64,000 nucleotides of DNA from Methyloversatilis sp. (GTDB lineage Bacteria > Pseudomonadota > Gammaproteobacteria > Burkholderiales > Rhodocyclaceae). Made by a program: the position numbers and the translations under genes. Location of the stretch: the NCBI RefSeq assembly GCF_051861465.1, contig NZ_JBHYCQ010000007.1:140321-204320 (forward strand). The letters are read 5' to 3'. Below, one piece after another: positions 43,110 through 53,979 of this stretch. Positions within the stretch are counted from its first letter, which is position 1, and each line of letters opens with the position of its first letter. The notes below the pieces were generated by a model. It ran no database searches. It was not told the origin of the DNA and saw only the letters and a list, made by a program, of their open reading frames with translations.

Positions 43110-44747
43110 TCACGAATTGATGCGGAACCGGCTGACGGCCCCTTCGAGTGCTCCGGCCAGCCGGCTCAATTCTTCGGCGCGCTGCAGAGAATCGCTGGTC
43201 GCTTCTCGCGTTTCGTCGCTCATTTGCGCAATCTTCTCTATACCCTGGGCAATATCGGTGCTTGCCTGTCGCTGCTCGCCAAGTGCGAGGCTGATCGAGC
43301 CGACCGCCTCCTTCACGAGCCGCGCACCGTTCTCCAGTTCCGAAACGGCATCCCGTGCCAATTCTGCGCTTTGCGTGCCATGGATCGCGAGATCGCGGCC
43401 ATCTTCGATTGCGCCGATCGCCAGCCGTGCGTTGGCCTGCACGCGCTGAATCATGTCATTGATCTGGTGGGTCGATTGGCTTGTGCGCTCGGCCAGCTTG
43501 CGTACTTCATCCGCCACCACCGCAAAACCCCGCCCCTGTTCGCCCGCACGGGCGGCCTCGATTGCCGCGTTGAGCGCAAGCAGATTGGTCTGTTCGGCGA
43601 TTTCCTGGATCACCTTTGCGATGCTGGAAATGCTCTCCGCGCTGGTACCCAGCTCACTCACGACCGCCGCTGAAGAAGCCATGCGTTCGGAAACACGACC
43701 GATGACGCCGACCGCCTGATGGATGACAGTGACGCTCGAGCGCACCTCTTCGGCGGCGCAACTGCTCAACCGATCAGCATCGCTTGCATGATCGGCAACC
43801 ATGGAGATACTGGTACTCATTTCCTCGACCGAGGCGGCAATGGTCTGTGCGGCGTCGCTCTGCGACATTGATGCCTCAGCTACCCTGCGCTCGTTGTTAC
43901 GCAGGACATCCGCTGCCCCGACGAGCCGGTCGGCATCGGCGCGTATCGAACGGATGCTGTCCTGCAGGCCGGCCTGCATGCTTTCCATGGCAGCGAGCAG
44001 ACTGCCTTTGTCATTTGGCCCGACGACAATGGTCTGCTGCAGATCGCCATCTGCGATCCGGCGCGCCACGGCTGCTGCATAGGCGGGTTCGCCGCCGAGC
44101 TGACGCAGCACACCGCGTACCACGAGTACCGACGCAAGCACGCACATCAGCAGCGCCACCGCACCGAGCAAGGCAACGATGAGGCGGCTGCGGTCAAGCG
44201 CAGCTTCCGATTCGGCGCGCATGGTTGCGGCGACTTTTTCGAGATGTTCGATCTGCTTCAACAGTTCTCCGCGCGTCTCGCGCCATGCAGGTGTTTCGTT
44301 GCTCACCAGCAAGGCCTGCGCAGCGACCGTGTCGCCGGTCCGTACGAGATCAACCACCTTTGCCTGCTGCGGAGCCCAGCGCTGCACCGCTGCGGCGATC
44401 CGCTCGGCCGCCGCAGCGCCGCCGTCCAGCGTCTCGGCCTGTGCGGCGATGCGCGGCAGGGTTTCGTCGAACAGCTTCTTCGCCTGCGCCAGGTTGTCGT
44501 ATGCCTTCTTGTTTTCCGGGTCGAGCAGAATGTTGCGCAGCGCCTGGCCCATTTGCAGGCCTTGAGCGTATGCCCGTGTCACGTCGCGCTCGGCAGCGAG
44601 TTCATTGTCGATGAAGCCGGTCAAGCGTTCGCCTCCCGCCTGCATCTGCCACAGCGCGCCGGCCAGCGCGACGACAAAAAGACCGCAGCTGACCACAGCA
44701 AGCAACGTCAGTTGCCCGCGTACTGTCATGGTGGAATTCAGTTTCAT
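43110..44747 (-). CDS. Methyl-accepting chemotaxis protein
   Basis: TM - four-helix sensor - TM - HAMP; [34 protein letters not shown]. Confidence 0.95.
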   Translation of the reverse strand: MKLNSTMTVRGQLTLLAVVSCGLFVVALAGALWQMQAGGERLTGFIDNELAAERDVTRAYAQGLQMGQALRNILLDPENKKAYDNLAQAKKLFDETLPRIAAQAETLDGGAAAAERIAAAVQRWAPQQAKVVDLVRTGDTVAAQALLVSNETPAWRETRGELLKQIEHLEKVAATMRAESEAALDRSRLIVALLGAVALLMCVLASVLVVRGVLRQLGGEPAYAAAVARRIADGDLQQTIVVGPNDKGSLLAAMESMQAGLQDSIRSIRADADRLVGAADVLRNNERRVAEASMSQSDAAQTIAASVEEMSTSISMVADHASDADRLSSCAAEEVRSSVTVIHQAVGVIGRVSERMASSAAVVSELGTSAESISSIAKVIQEIAEQTNLLALNAAIEAARAGEQGRGFAVVADEVRKLAERTSQSTHQINDMIQRVQANARLAIGAIEDGRDLAIHGTQSAELARDAVSELENGARLVKEAVGSISLALGEQRQASTDIAQGIEKIAQMSDETREATSDSLQRAEELSRLAGALEGAVSRFRINS

Positions 44748-44976
44748 GGGAGGCCTTGGAAGCAGTGAACAGTTATTGTTGAATGGAAATCGAATGGTCA
44801 ATTTTCGATATCGGCGGTCAGTTCAAGAACTTGAACTCCGTTGCGAACTGGCGTTGCTGGACGAGGGGCAGGCCTCCAGTTGCGATGCGTGCGCCGGGAT
44901 GCTGGCGTCAGACCGCTAAGGACACCGCGGGAACTGATCGATACGGTTGCGGCCCGATGCGACGATGTTTTGCGCT

Positions 44977-45330
44977 TCATCGGCGATCCGCATGTCTTGC
45001 ATCGATCTGCCAGCAAGCCGCCGTGAAATGCACGAAGGCATCCTGCACATGGGGCCGAAAGGCCTCATGCAGAGTTTCGACCACCCGTGCACGGAGGGCC
45101 ATATCGACCTATTGCAGTGCAATTCCAACCGTGCCGAGCACGGTGAAACAGCGTTCGAGATCGGCCGTCGGCAGCGTACATTCGACATACAGAGGCGGGA
45201 TGTCGACTTCCTGCCAGCCGCTGCGCTCCAGCGCTTCGCTCACATGAGTACGATCCGCGAAGGCGACCTGGCCGGGCGGCGTACCGGCAGTGCGGGCAAC
45301 AACGATGTGGCTGCGCGCTCGGCAGTAGTC
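44977..45330 (-). pseudogene. C-terminal fragment of a class I SAM-dependent methyltransferase
   Basis: PGQVAFADRTHVSEALERSGWQEVDI.P..V.CTLP..DL...FT.LG.VG.ALQ*VD...RARVVETL..AF.P.V.DA.VHFTAACW; in-frame TAG at 45109-11; N-terminus absent. Confidence 0.65.
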
Positions 45331-45528
45331 ACGAAGAGATGCTCGGCGGCACCGCGCCAGGCGACAGCGCTGAACGCGCTGCTTGACGGCCTCAAGCATG
45401 CCGCCGCGTGTCCGGCACCGCGCGATAGGGAAAACCCGACTTACCGCCGCATCCTCCGCGTGGCTGCATCGAAGGCGCTTGAGCAACGCATTGCATTGCA
45501 TTGCATTGCAGCGCAGGCAAACCTGAGC

Positions 45529-46266
45529 TCAGCCGGTAACACACCGCCCGAAATCCCCCGCTTCGATGCCGAACCAGGCCAGGCCCGGCGTCTTTTCGAC
45601 GACGATGCAGTCGCCGTCGAGCCGGTAGCTCAGTTGCAGATGGTGGCGCGGGGCGGACAGCACGGCCGGATTGAATACGGCGAAGTTCTCGCCCTCGGGC
45701 CGGCGCACCGACTGCACCAGCAGGCCCGGATGACCTTCGCGGTGGATGCGCGCGCCGACCGACTGCGGAAAGCTGTAATCGGCCGGATGCAGCAGCGCCG
45801 GCCAGTCGCCGGTGAGCGGCCGGAAATCGAGCAGCGCGGCGGCACAGCCCACGACATACACCTTGCGCTCGGCCACCACCGATTCGCGCTCGAAGCCGGC
45901 GTCGGCCAGCAGACCCTGGCGCCAGTGCCAGGCCGATTCGTACACCGTCGTGTCGACCGATTCCGAGCCGTACCACACGCCGTGGCGCCCGTCGGAATAG
46001 CGGCTGGCCTGCCAGTTCTGGAACGGCCAGGCGATGGCGTTGAACCACTCGGCGTCTTCGAACGGACGGTGCAGCACCGGCGTGGGCGAGCGATAGGGCG
46101 GCGGCTTGGCGTCGCCTTCGACCTTCTGCGCCAGCGCCCATTCGGCCGGGTCGTCGGTGAGGTCGTCGAACAGATCCTGCGAGGTGCGCAGCGACACGAT
46201 GTTGCGGAACACGTCGCGCTGCACCTCGGCCAGTGCGAGGCGGGCGAACAGGTCGCCGAGACTCAC
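45529..46266 (-). CDS. RES-domain toxin (NAD+ phosphorylase family)
   Basis: [30 protein letters not shown]; the GTG start overlaps the antitoxin TGA. Confidence 0.9.
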   Translation of the reverse strand: MSLGDLFARLALAEVQRDVFRNIVSLRTSQDLFDDLTDDPAEWALAQKVEGDAKPPPYRSPTPVLHRPFEDAEWFNAIAWPFQNWQASRYSDGRHGVWYGSESVDTTVYESAWHWRQGLLADAGFERESVVAERKVYVVGCAAALLDFRPLTGDWPALLHPADYSFPQSVGARIHREGHPGLLVQSVRRPEGENFAVFNPAVLSAPRHHLQLSYRLDGDCIVVEKTPGLAWFGIEAGDFGRCVTG

Positions 46267-46658
46267 TGCCCGCGTGCCCGGTCGAGATAGGCACGCACCA
46301 TCAGCAGACCGGCAAAGCCCCATTCCCGGATCACCTCGACCGGACTCAGATTGTCGAAGGCGCGGTTGCGGGTGCTGATCCAGCGATAGACGAGGTCGCG
46401 GTTCTGCGGAAACAGCAGACGAAGATTCTTGTGGATGCCGAGCAGATGACCGACCCGCTCGTACTGGTCGCGGCTGGTGCCGATCGGCTCGCCGCGCCGG
46501 TAACGCGCCAGTGCGGCGCGGTTGCTGGCGGCAATGCCGAGCAGCGCGGCCTGATCTTCGGTGGATAGTTTCCAGTGATCAAGCAAGGTCATGACCATGC
46601 GGGCCAGCGCGCCGCGGTCTTCGGAAGCGCTGACACCCTTGTCTGCAACGGCGCCCAT
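46263..46658 (-). CDS. Xre/MbcA/ParS-type antitoxin
   Basis: [14 protein letters not shown]...[12 protein letters not shown]...W....NRAFD..SP. Confidence 0.9.
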   Translation of the reverse strand: MGAVADKGVSASEDRGALARMVMTLLDHWKLSTEDQAALLGIAASNRAALARYRRGEPIGTSRDQYERVGHLLGIHKNLRLLFPQNRDLVYRWISTRNRAFDNLSPVEVIREWGFAGLLMVRAYLDRARGQ

Positions 46659-46946
46659 GGGCGGCTCCTGTCGGATCGGGATGGAAATGGCAGCATAGCA
46701 CCCGTACGTTGTCAATCAAACAATAAGTGTTTCGATAAATCTTCGATCTGCGTGCTTGCCGAGGGCGCCGACCCGGAAGCCGTCTCGCGGAATGGCACCC
46801 TCGTCATGTCGCGCCGCGCAGGCAACAGGTGACACTGTGCGCCGTGAATGGCTGGCGCAGCCTCTTGCGGGCGGCCACAGCCCGTCGGATCCTTGCACCT
46901 TCCGGGCCGACGATATAATTCGCGCTGATACCCGGGAGCGCACACC

Positions 46947-47591
46947 ATGAAGAAAACTGATCAATTATTCGCAGCCAACCGCAAGTGGGCGGCGAAGATG
47001 CAGGCCGATGATCCGCAGTTCTTCGAACATCTGGCCACCCTGCAAAGCCCTGAATACCTGTGGATCGGCTGTTCCGACAGCCGCGTGCCGGCGAACCAGA
47101 TCGTCGGGCTGATCCCGGGCGAAGTGTTCGTGCATCGCAATGTTGCCAACCTGGTCGTGCAGACCGACCTGAACTGCCTGTCGGTCATGCAGTACGCGGT
47201 CGACGTGCTGAAGGTGAAGGACATCCTGGTGGTCGGCCACTACGGCTGCGGCGGCGTGCGCGCCGCGCTGCACGACATGCGTTTCGGCCTGATCGACAAC
47301 TGGCTGCGCAATGTGCAGGACGTGCGCAACCACCACCGCGCCCTGCTCGACGCAGTGGCCGAAGGCGAACTGCAGGAAAACCGCCTGTGCGAGCTGAACG
47401 TGATCGAACAGGCGGTGAACGTCTGTGAAACCACGGTGATCCGCGACGCCTGGGCGCGCGGCCAGGAAGTGCGCGTACACGGCTGGATCTACGGCCTCAA
47501 GGACGGCCTGGTGCGCGACCTGCGCATGGAAGCAGGCAACGAGGAAGAATTGCGCGACAACTACGATCTGGCGCTGAAGTCGCTCGATTGA
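46947..47591 (+). CDS. can: Beta-class carbonic anhydrase
   Basis: WIGCSDSRVP, HRNVAN, GHYGCGG. Confidence 0.96.
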   Translation: MKKTDQLFAANRKWAAKMQADDPQFFEHLATLQSPEYLWIGCSDSRVPANQIVGLIPGEVFVHRNVANLVVQTDLNCLSVMQYAVDVLKVKDILVVGHYGCGGVRAALHDMRFGLIDNWLRNVQDVRNHHRALLDAVAEGELQENRLCELNVIEQAVNVCETTVIRDAWARGQEVRVHGWIYGLKDGLVRDLRMEAGNEEELRDNYDLALKSLD

Positions 47592-47631
47592 CCCGGCCGG
47601 CTGACCGGCGCGCAGTGCCCGCCGGTCATGT

Positions 47632-50600
47632 TCATTCGCTCCGGCGCCCGCCAACCGGCGCCACGTCCACCACTTCCACCGCCTGCCCCGGCTCGCCGAC
47701 CGTACGCAGTTCCGGCCGGTACATGTCTTCCATGAAGGTGCCGGGCACGGTGTAGCGGCCCGGGCTGACGACTCTCACCATATAGACAAGGTTGATCGGC
47801 GCGCTGTCGAGCTTGAGGGCGGCGACGAAGCGGTCGTCGCGGAACTCGCGGTGCTTCACGCGGTTGTCGGTCATCGTGTCGGCGATGCGCATCGACTGGC
47901 CGTTCGGCAGCTGCAGCGAAAACTCGGATGCCTGCGGGCCCTGCGACAGGTTCTGGTTCTCGATCTCGAGCCCGGCGGGCAGGCGGTCGACCAGCAGGGC
48001 GTCATCGGCGCGGCGCGTCGGTTTCACTTCGACGCGCACCAGCATGAGATCCCCCACCTTCAGCGCGCGGCCGTCCCACGGCCGGCCATCGGCGTCGAAC
48101 CAGCTGCGCTGCACGCTGCCGAGCCGGTTTTCGGGCGGCGGCGTGACCTTCGGGTAGCCGCTGGATTCGACTTCGACGTACAGCGGGGCGTCACCGGTGT
48201 TGACCAGCGTGACGCCGCGCCGCGCGGCCGGGGCGTCGACCGGCAGCATCATCGGCCGGGCGCCGCCGTAGCGCTCGCCGCCTTCGACCTGCAGTGCCCA
48301 GGGTTTGCCGGCGCCCAGCCCCGCGGCGCGGCCAGCCATGACGAGCGCGATCTGTTCCTGCGTGGACAGCCAGTGCCGCTGCGCGCTGTCGGCCGACAGT
48401 TCGAACAGCAGGTTGGCGGCGCGCTCGAGCTTCACGTCGTGACGCGACAGCAGCGCGTACAGCATGGCGCGGTCGCGCAGCGGACTGCCGTAGTCACCCA
48501 GCCATTCGTACTCGTTGTCGTTGCCGCTCAGGCCGTAGGGCCGACCGAGCGCTTCGTCGAGCGCGACGCGCGAACGCGCCTCGTCGCCCATGAGCTTCAG
48601 CGCCAGACCCAGGTGGGCCAGCGCGAGCGGCGACTTCGCCAGCTGCCGGTGTTCGTCGTGCAACAGGCGCAACGTCGCGAGTGGCGCGCGCTGTTCGCGC
48701 GCCAGCACATAGCCCAGGTGGGCGGCATTGGCGAAGCGGGTGTGCGCGCCGCGCACCAGATCGGCTTCACCTGGCTGAGCGGGCTGGGCAAGCTGCGCCA
48801 GCGTGCGCACAGGCAGGCGCGGCATCTGCGACGGGGCGAGCTGGAATTCCTTCAGCATCCAGTCCTGCATGCGCCGGGCGAAGCTTTCCGGCACGGTGAA
48901 GCCGCCTTCGCGCGCGTCGATCAGGAAGCCGGCGACATAGGCGGTGATCCAGTACTCGTATTCGCCGCCACTGCCCCACATCGTCATGCCGCCCTGCGTG
49001 CCCTGCATGCCGGCCAGGCGGCCGATCGCCGCCTCGACCAGCGCGGCGCGCTCGGCGCGGGTATGTGGCTTCAGGCCCAGTTCGGCGGCATAGGCTTCGT
49101 CGATGATGACGTGCGGCCAGGCGGCACTGACCGTCTGTTCGGCGCAGCCGTAGGGATAGCGCAGCAGGCCGCGCACCTGTTCGCGGATGTTCAGCGGCGG
49201 GCTGGACGCGGCGGTCACGTTGAGCGAGGCGGACGCCGGCCAGAAGGTGTCGAGCACCGACGCGTCGACGACGTGACGCGCACCGGCGTCGATCTTCACG
49301 CGCCGCACCTGACGCTGCAGGGCGACCGGCGGCGTGACCTGAAGCGCGGCTTCGCGCTCGATGTGGAGGGGTTTGACACCGCCGGTGGCGTCGAGCGTCA
49401 GCGTCAGTCGCGCAAGCCCTTCGGCTTCGACCGCCTCGGCGGCGAAGCGCAGCGTGTCGCGCTGCTTGGGCGCCAGCGTCAGCGTGCGGGTGCCGTCGGC
49501 GATGCGCGCGGGCGACTCGGCCGCCAGCACGAGGCGGATCTGCTGCGACGTGTCGGTCAGATTGGTGACTTCGAGCGCCACGGTGGCGCGGTCACCCGGC
49601 GCGATGAAGCGCGGCGTGGACAGTTCGGCCACGATGGGCGCGGCGACGACCAGCTCGCGTTCGCCGCGGCCGAAGCGATCCGGCGTGGAGGCGACCGCCA
49701 TCAGACGCAGGCTGCCGTTGAAGTCAGGCAGCATGAGCGCGATGTCTGCCTCGCCCTGGTCGTCGAGCTTCACCGGGCCGGAGAACAGATCGACCAGCTT
49801 CACCTTTTTGGGCATGCTCTGCGAATCGCGCATGCCGGCGTCGCCGCCCCATTTGAGCTTGCCGCGCGTGCCATCCATCTTTTCGATCAGCCGGCCATAG
49901 ATGTCGAGCAGATCCGGGGCGTAGCGCTGCTTGCCGAAGAAATAGCCATGCGGGTCGGGCGTGGCGAACTGCGTGATGTTCAGAATGCCCTGATCGACCG
50001 CCGACAGCGTCACCCAGGCCTGCTGGCCGGTCGCGCCGTCGACCTTCACCCTCACCGTCGTCTTCGTTTCCGGCTCGACCTTGGCCGGCGCCTCCAGCGC
50101 CACCTTCAGCCGGCGGTCTTCACGTGCCAGCGGAATATGGGCGAGCCCGAGCGCGCGCGCCGGTGTCACGCGGCTGCCTTCGCTGCCCGGCCGGAACGCC
50201 AGTACGGAGACATAGAGGTCGTGGCGATTCCAGCTCGCATCGAGCGGCAGATTGATGGCGGTGCCGGCGGCGCTCACCTTGACGCGTCTGGCCCACAGCA
50301 CGCGGTCGCCCTCGATCAGCACCAGCGCCTCGCCGTCATGCGGCGGCGTGAGGTGCGCCTTGACCGTGTCGCCGGCGCGGAACGGCGCACCTTCCAGACG
50401 GATCTGCACGCGGTCGGGCCGGTTGCCAAGCGCCTCGTCGCCCTGCGCGCCCCAGCCGGCGTAGAAACGGTAGCGCATCGTCAGGCCGTGCTGCGGGTCG
50501 TCGATTTCCAGCCGGTAACTGCCCCAGGTGACCGGGAAGCTGAGCTTGCCCTGCGTCTTCAGGGCAATGGTGCGGCTGTCGACCAATTCGTCGGCATCGC

Positions 50601-52725
50601 TGAAGCCGGAGTGCCAGCCGCGCTGGTCGTCGAAGCGCCAGTAGTACTGCCGCTCTTCCTTGAACAGCCGCACGTTGGCCTTGTCGAGCGCGGCCGGCGT
50701 GCCGTCGGGCAGGAAGCGGCCGACCTCGAATTCGGCCAGCGACGATTCGCGCGCCACGTCGGCCTCGAACAGCGGACGCACCCCGATCAGCGCGGGCGCC
50801 GGCCACCAGGCGCGCTCCAGCGAGCGCACCACCGGCCGGCCACCGGATTCGAGCAGGCTCAGGCTGGTGCGCAGGCGCAGCGGCGAGCGTGCGGTGCCCG
50901 GGTCGTACGGCACCGCCAGCTGTGCGGCGCCGCTGTCGTCGAGTGCGGTTTCTTCCAGCTCGCGCCGGCCCTTGAGCGCGTCATCGGCGAAGTCGCCGAA
51001 GATGAAGCCGGGCTTCTGCGGCAGCGCGAAGCGCAGGCGCTCGGTGGCGAGCGCGCCCAGCAGGCGGTTGCCGGCGGCCGGCGCGCCGAACAGGTAGTCG
51101 CCCTGCACCGTGATGTCGAACGGCGCGCCGTCGGTCAGCACGCTCTCGGCACTGGTCAGTGCAAGCCTCATGCGTTCGGGCAGGAATTCTTCGACCTTGA
51201 AGCGCATCACCGCGTCCGGCCGCTTGGCACCCGGATCGGCGCGCAGTTCCAGCGTCCAGGCGCCGGTCTGGGCATCACCGGGTATCGCCAGCGTGTGCCG
51301 GAAGTAACCGGGCTGCTCGCCCGAGGGCGGCCACACGCGCTGACTGACGGTGCGCCCGTCGGGGCGCTTGAGCAGTACGCTGAGGGGCTGCGCAGCCACC
51401 GGTTTGCCATCGGCGTCGCGCGCCAGCACCGACACGTCGAAGCTTTCGCCCGGCCGGTACAGGTCGCGCCCGCTCCACACGAACAGCTTGTTGTTCGTCG
51501 GCAGCAGGCCCGCGGTGTCGAATTCGGACAGGTCAAGCGCGGCTTCACCCAGCGACACGACCGACAGCTCGCGTCCGCGCCGCGCGATCACCAGCCGGGC
51601 GTCGGCCGGCACGGCGTCGAAAGTGGCGCGGCCGTCGCCTTCGGCCTTGACCGACGCGACGCGCTTGCCATCGCCGTCCAGCACCTCGAATTCTACGCCG
51701 TCGAGCGCCGCGCCCGAACGCAGCGAGGTGGCAAAGGCATCGACCCGGCCGCCGTTGCGGTGCAGGTGCAGGCCGATGTCGCTGACGTAGAAATAGGTGG
51801 TCTGGTAGTCACCGGAAAAACTGCCCGGCACATTCATCACCGCGACATACACACCGGGCTCGCGCAGTTCCTTGATGTGTTCGACCGGCAGGAAGCTCAC
51901 GTGCCGGCGGTCGCGCTTGTCGTCGGTCTGAAAGCGGCCCAGATACACGCTGGACGACAGGTCCTTCAACTGGTCGATGTACCACCCGGAGGTGCGGCCG
52001 CGAAGGTCGACGGTGCCGCCGTCGTAGTACTCGCCTTCGTACTCGCCCTCGTACGCGCCTTCGCCCTGCGCCGCGTCCTGTTCGGCGCTGCGGCGGATGC
52101 CGTACACCTTGTCGAGGAAGGCGGGCAGCTGGGCCGGCTCGACGCGCAGGAACTGCACGTCGACCTCGGGCGTGTTGATGGTGACGACCGGCAGGCCACC
52201 GTTTTGCCCGGCCGGCAACACCGTGCCACGACTGGCGAAGAAGAACGCCGGCGGCATGTCTTCGACCAGCGTTTCGCACTGGTGGGTGCCTGCGAGTTGA
52301 TCGCCGGCGCGTGACGCAACGCCGACCGCCACGTCGATGCGATAACGCCGCTTCGGGAGCACACCGGAGAAATAGGCGATGCGCGGGTTGTCGCCCAGGT
52401 ACCAGTTGCCGACCACCTTGCCGCCGGCTTCTCGTGTTTCGCTGTCGCCCAGATCGGTGACTGTCATCAGTTCGCCCAGCGGCAGCTTGCGCGCCAGCGG
52501 CCGGCTGAAGGTGACCGCCAGCGCCGGTCCCGCTTCACGGCTGCGCGCGTCGCATCGCAGCACTGCGAACGGCGTATCGGGATCGTCGCCGAGGGCGGCG
52601 ATCGGCGCGTCCGGACTGCGCGTCGTCTGCCACCAAAGTGTCGCCGCGACCGCAGCCACCAGCACGAACACTCCCGCCCAAAGCTTGCCGCCTGCCTTCA
52701 TGACCATGCCCGTTCCGTCTGTCAT
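47632..52725 (-). CDS. Bacterial alpha-2-macroglobulin (YfhM-like)
   Basis: 1697 aa; RDLYRPGE, VEEFLPERM, PDFNGSLRLMAV, thioester YPYGCAEQ, EDMYRPE. Start may be a few codons downstream. Confidence 0.95.
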   Translation of the reverse strand: MTDGTGMVMKAGGKLWAGVFVLVAAVAATLWWQTTRSPDAPIAALGDDPDTPFAVLRCDARSREAGPALAVTFSRPLARKLPLGELMTVTDLGDSETREAGGKVVGNWYLGDNPRIAYFSGVLPKRRYRIDVAVGVASRAGDQLAGTHQCETLVEDMPPAFFFASRGTVLPAGQNGGLPVVTINTPEVDVQFLRVEPAQLPAFLDKVYGIRRSAEQDAAQGEGAYEGEYEGEYYDGGTVDLRGRTSGWYIDQLKDLSSSVYLGRFQTDDKRDRRHVSFLPVEHIKELREPGVYVAVMNVPGSFSGDYQTTYFYVSDIGLHLHRNGGRVDAFATSLRSGAALDGVEFEVLDGDGKRVASVKAEGDGRATFDAVPADARLVIARRGRELSVVSLGEAALDLSEFDTAGLLPTNNKLFVWSGRDLYRPGESFDVSVLARDADGKPVAAQPLSVLLKRPDGRTVSQRVWPPSGEQPGYFRHTLAIPGDAQTGAWTLELRADPGAKRPDAVMRFKVEEFLPERMRLALTSAESVLTDGAPFDITVQGDYLFGAPAAGNRLLGALATERLRFALPQKPGFIFGDFADDALKGRRELEETALDDSGAAQLAVPYDPGTARSPLRLRTSLSLLESGGRPVVRSLERAWWPAPALIGVRPLFEADVARESSLAEFEVGRFLPDGTPAALDKANVRLFKEERQYYWRFDDQRGWHSGFSDADELVDSRTIALKTQGKLSFPVTWGSYRLEIDDPQHGLTMRYRFYAGWGAQGDEALGNRPDRVQIRLEGAPFRAGDTVKAHLTPPHDGEALVLIEGDRVLWARRVKVSAAGTAINLPLDASWNRHDLYVSVLAFRPGSEGSRVTPARALGLAHIPLAREDRRLKVALEAPAKVEPETKTTVRVKVDGATGQQAWVTLSAVDQGILNITQFATPDPHGYFFGKQRYAPDLLDIYGRLIEKMDGTRGKLKWGGDAGMRDSQSMPKKVKLVDLFSGPVKLDDQGEADIALMLPDFNGSLRLMAVASTPDRFGRGERELVVAAPIVAELSTPRFIAPGDRATVALEVTNLTDTSQQIRLVLAAESPARIADGTRTLTLAPKQRDTLRFAAEAVEAEGLARLTLTLDATGGVKPLHIEREAALQVTPPVALQRQVRRVKIDAGARHVVDASVLDTFWPASASLNVTAASSPPLNIREQVRGLLRYPYGCAEQTVSAAWPHVIIDEAYAAELGLKPHTRAERAALVEAAIGRLAGMQGTQGGMTMWGSGGEYEYWITAYVAGFLIDAREGGFTVPESFARRMQDWMLKEFQLAPSQMPRLPVRTLAQLAQPAQPGEADLVRGAHTRFANAAHLGYVLAREQRAPLATLRLLHDEHRQLAKSPLALAHLGLALKLMGDEARSRVALDEALGRPYGLSGNDNEYEWLGDYGSPLRDRAMLYALLSRHDVKLERAANLLFELSADSAQRHWLSTQEQIALVMAGRAAGLGAGKPWALQVEGGERYGGARPMMLPVDAPAARRGVTLVNTGDAPLYVEVESSGYPKVTPPPENRLGSVQRSWFDADGRPWDGRALKVGDLMLVRVEVKPTRRADDALLVDRLPAGLEIENQNLSQGPQASEFSLQLPNGQSMRIADTMTDNRVKHREFRDDRFVAALKLDSAPINLVYMVRVVSPGRYTVPGTFMEDMYRPELRTVGEPGQAVEVVDVAPVGGRRSE

Positions 52726-52771
52726 CGCCCGCCGCGATTATCCGCGATCCGTACGATGATCATGCGAAGGT

Positions 52772-52898
52772 GTGGGTGCGAAATTGTGGGAGCTGTTCCT
52801 GTGGGCGCGGCGGCCTCGCCGCGATACGCACTCTGCAATGCGATCCTCGCGGCACTGATCGCGGCGAGGCCGCGGATGCCAAAGGCCGCCACTCCAAC
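52772..52898. repeat. REP doublet (from 52801) preceded by two truncated GTGG heads
   Basis: GTGGGTGCGAAATT | GTGGGAGCTGTTCCT | GTGG-GC-GCGGCG-GCCT-CGCCGC-GAT; the right-hand REP carries a 16-bp interruption. Confidence 0.85.
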
Positions 52899-53022
52899 AG
52901 GGACCTCTCCCCAAGATGTTGCGCTCGTGCTGCGAACTTCATCGTGCAAGGTGCCTGTCGGATTGGACGCCTGTGTGACCTGCAGCTATGATTTTTCGCC
53001 CGCAAATCAATTGCTTTCAGCC

Positions 53023-53886
53023 ATGCCCCTGATCGAACTGCACTGCGCTCGCCCCGAAACGAGTGCGGAAACGCTGCGCACCAGCCTGTCGGTGCTGCTC
53101 GCCCGTCTGTACGAACGCGACCGCGGTCTCGATGCGGCGCATCTGCGGGTGCTGGTGCTGCGCGAGGACACGGCAGGTCCGGCCGGTACCGCACCCCCTT
53201 TGTCGCGCGAGGACGAAGCGGGTGGATTCACGATCACCTTGTCGGCACCGTTCGTCGAACAGTCGCTGGCGGGTGAACCGGAACACGTGCTGCAGCTGGT
53301 GCATGCGCTGCATCGCGAACTGTGGCGTGGCGAGCTGGCGCTGACGCCCGCAGGCGAAGCCGCCGGCGACGCACTCGCCGCGCAGTTCGCGCCGATCGCC
53401 CGACTGATGCTGGACGAGTACCGCGCCAACCGTGCCAGCGCCTGGTCGCTGCCGGCCGGCGCCGATCTGCTGTTGCCGCATCTGCTGCGCCTGCTCGACG
53501 AACTGCCCGAGGCCAGTCGGCGTGCGCTCGCCGACTACCGTGCCGACGGCGATCTGGACACGCTGACCGGCCTGGCGATGGCGCGGCTGACCCATCTGAT
53601 GCAGACGGTGGCGTTCAGCCTCGGCTATCTCGCCGGGCTGCAGCGCAGTGCGGCGGACATCGCACCCGAGTTGAAAACCGGGCTCGACGCGTCGCTGATC
53701 GGCCGCGAATGGCCGCGCATCGCGGCCCTGCTCGCGGGCGCAGCCGCCGGCGAGGGCGAAGCGCGTGCGCTGCAGATGGGCATGCTGGCGACGCGCATCA
53801 TCGCCGTGCTCGGCAGCATGGGCCTGCATGCCCGCACGGGCGACGACGGTGCTGTGTGGATGGACGTGGCGGCGACGCTGCATTAG
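53023..53886 (+). CDS. Hypothetical protein (287 aa)
   Basis: Starts MPLIELHC; genome-typical codon usage; helical, no recognised motif. Confidence 0.7.
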   Translation: MPLIELHCARPETSAETLRTSLSVLLARLYERDRGLDAAHLRVLVLREDTAGPAGTAPPLSREDEAGGFTITLSAPFVEQSLAGEPEHVLQLVHALHRELWRGELALTPAGEAAGDALAAQFAPIARLMLDEYRANRASAWSLPAGADLLLPHLLRLLDELPEASRRALADYRADGDLDTLTGLAMARLTHLMQTVAFSLGYLAGLQRSAADIAPELKTGLDASLIGREWPRIAALLAGAAAGEGEARALQMGMLATRIIAVLGSMGLHARTGDDGAVWMDVAATLH

Positions 53887-53979
53887 CGGACGTCCGGCGG
53901 CACATACGGGGCAGCACATGGGGCGGCGGACACTGTGGCACCGGATCATTGCGGAACCATTCGTCACGGCAAGAAAACC

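Noticed and set aside
47851-52314. 1487-aa plus-strand ORF and other long opposite-strand ORFs (e.g. 16560-18521, 22395-24920, 30778-32970, 54917-56905)
   Set aside because: These are antisense shadows of well-supported genes, expected in high-GC DNA, with no motifs.
53017-53967. Minus-strand 316-aa ORF as the gene controlled by the riboswitch-like element
   Set aside because: It is a shadow of the plus-strand gene: Arg/Gln/His-rich, no RBS, no motif; the plus frame has normal codon usage.
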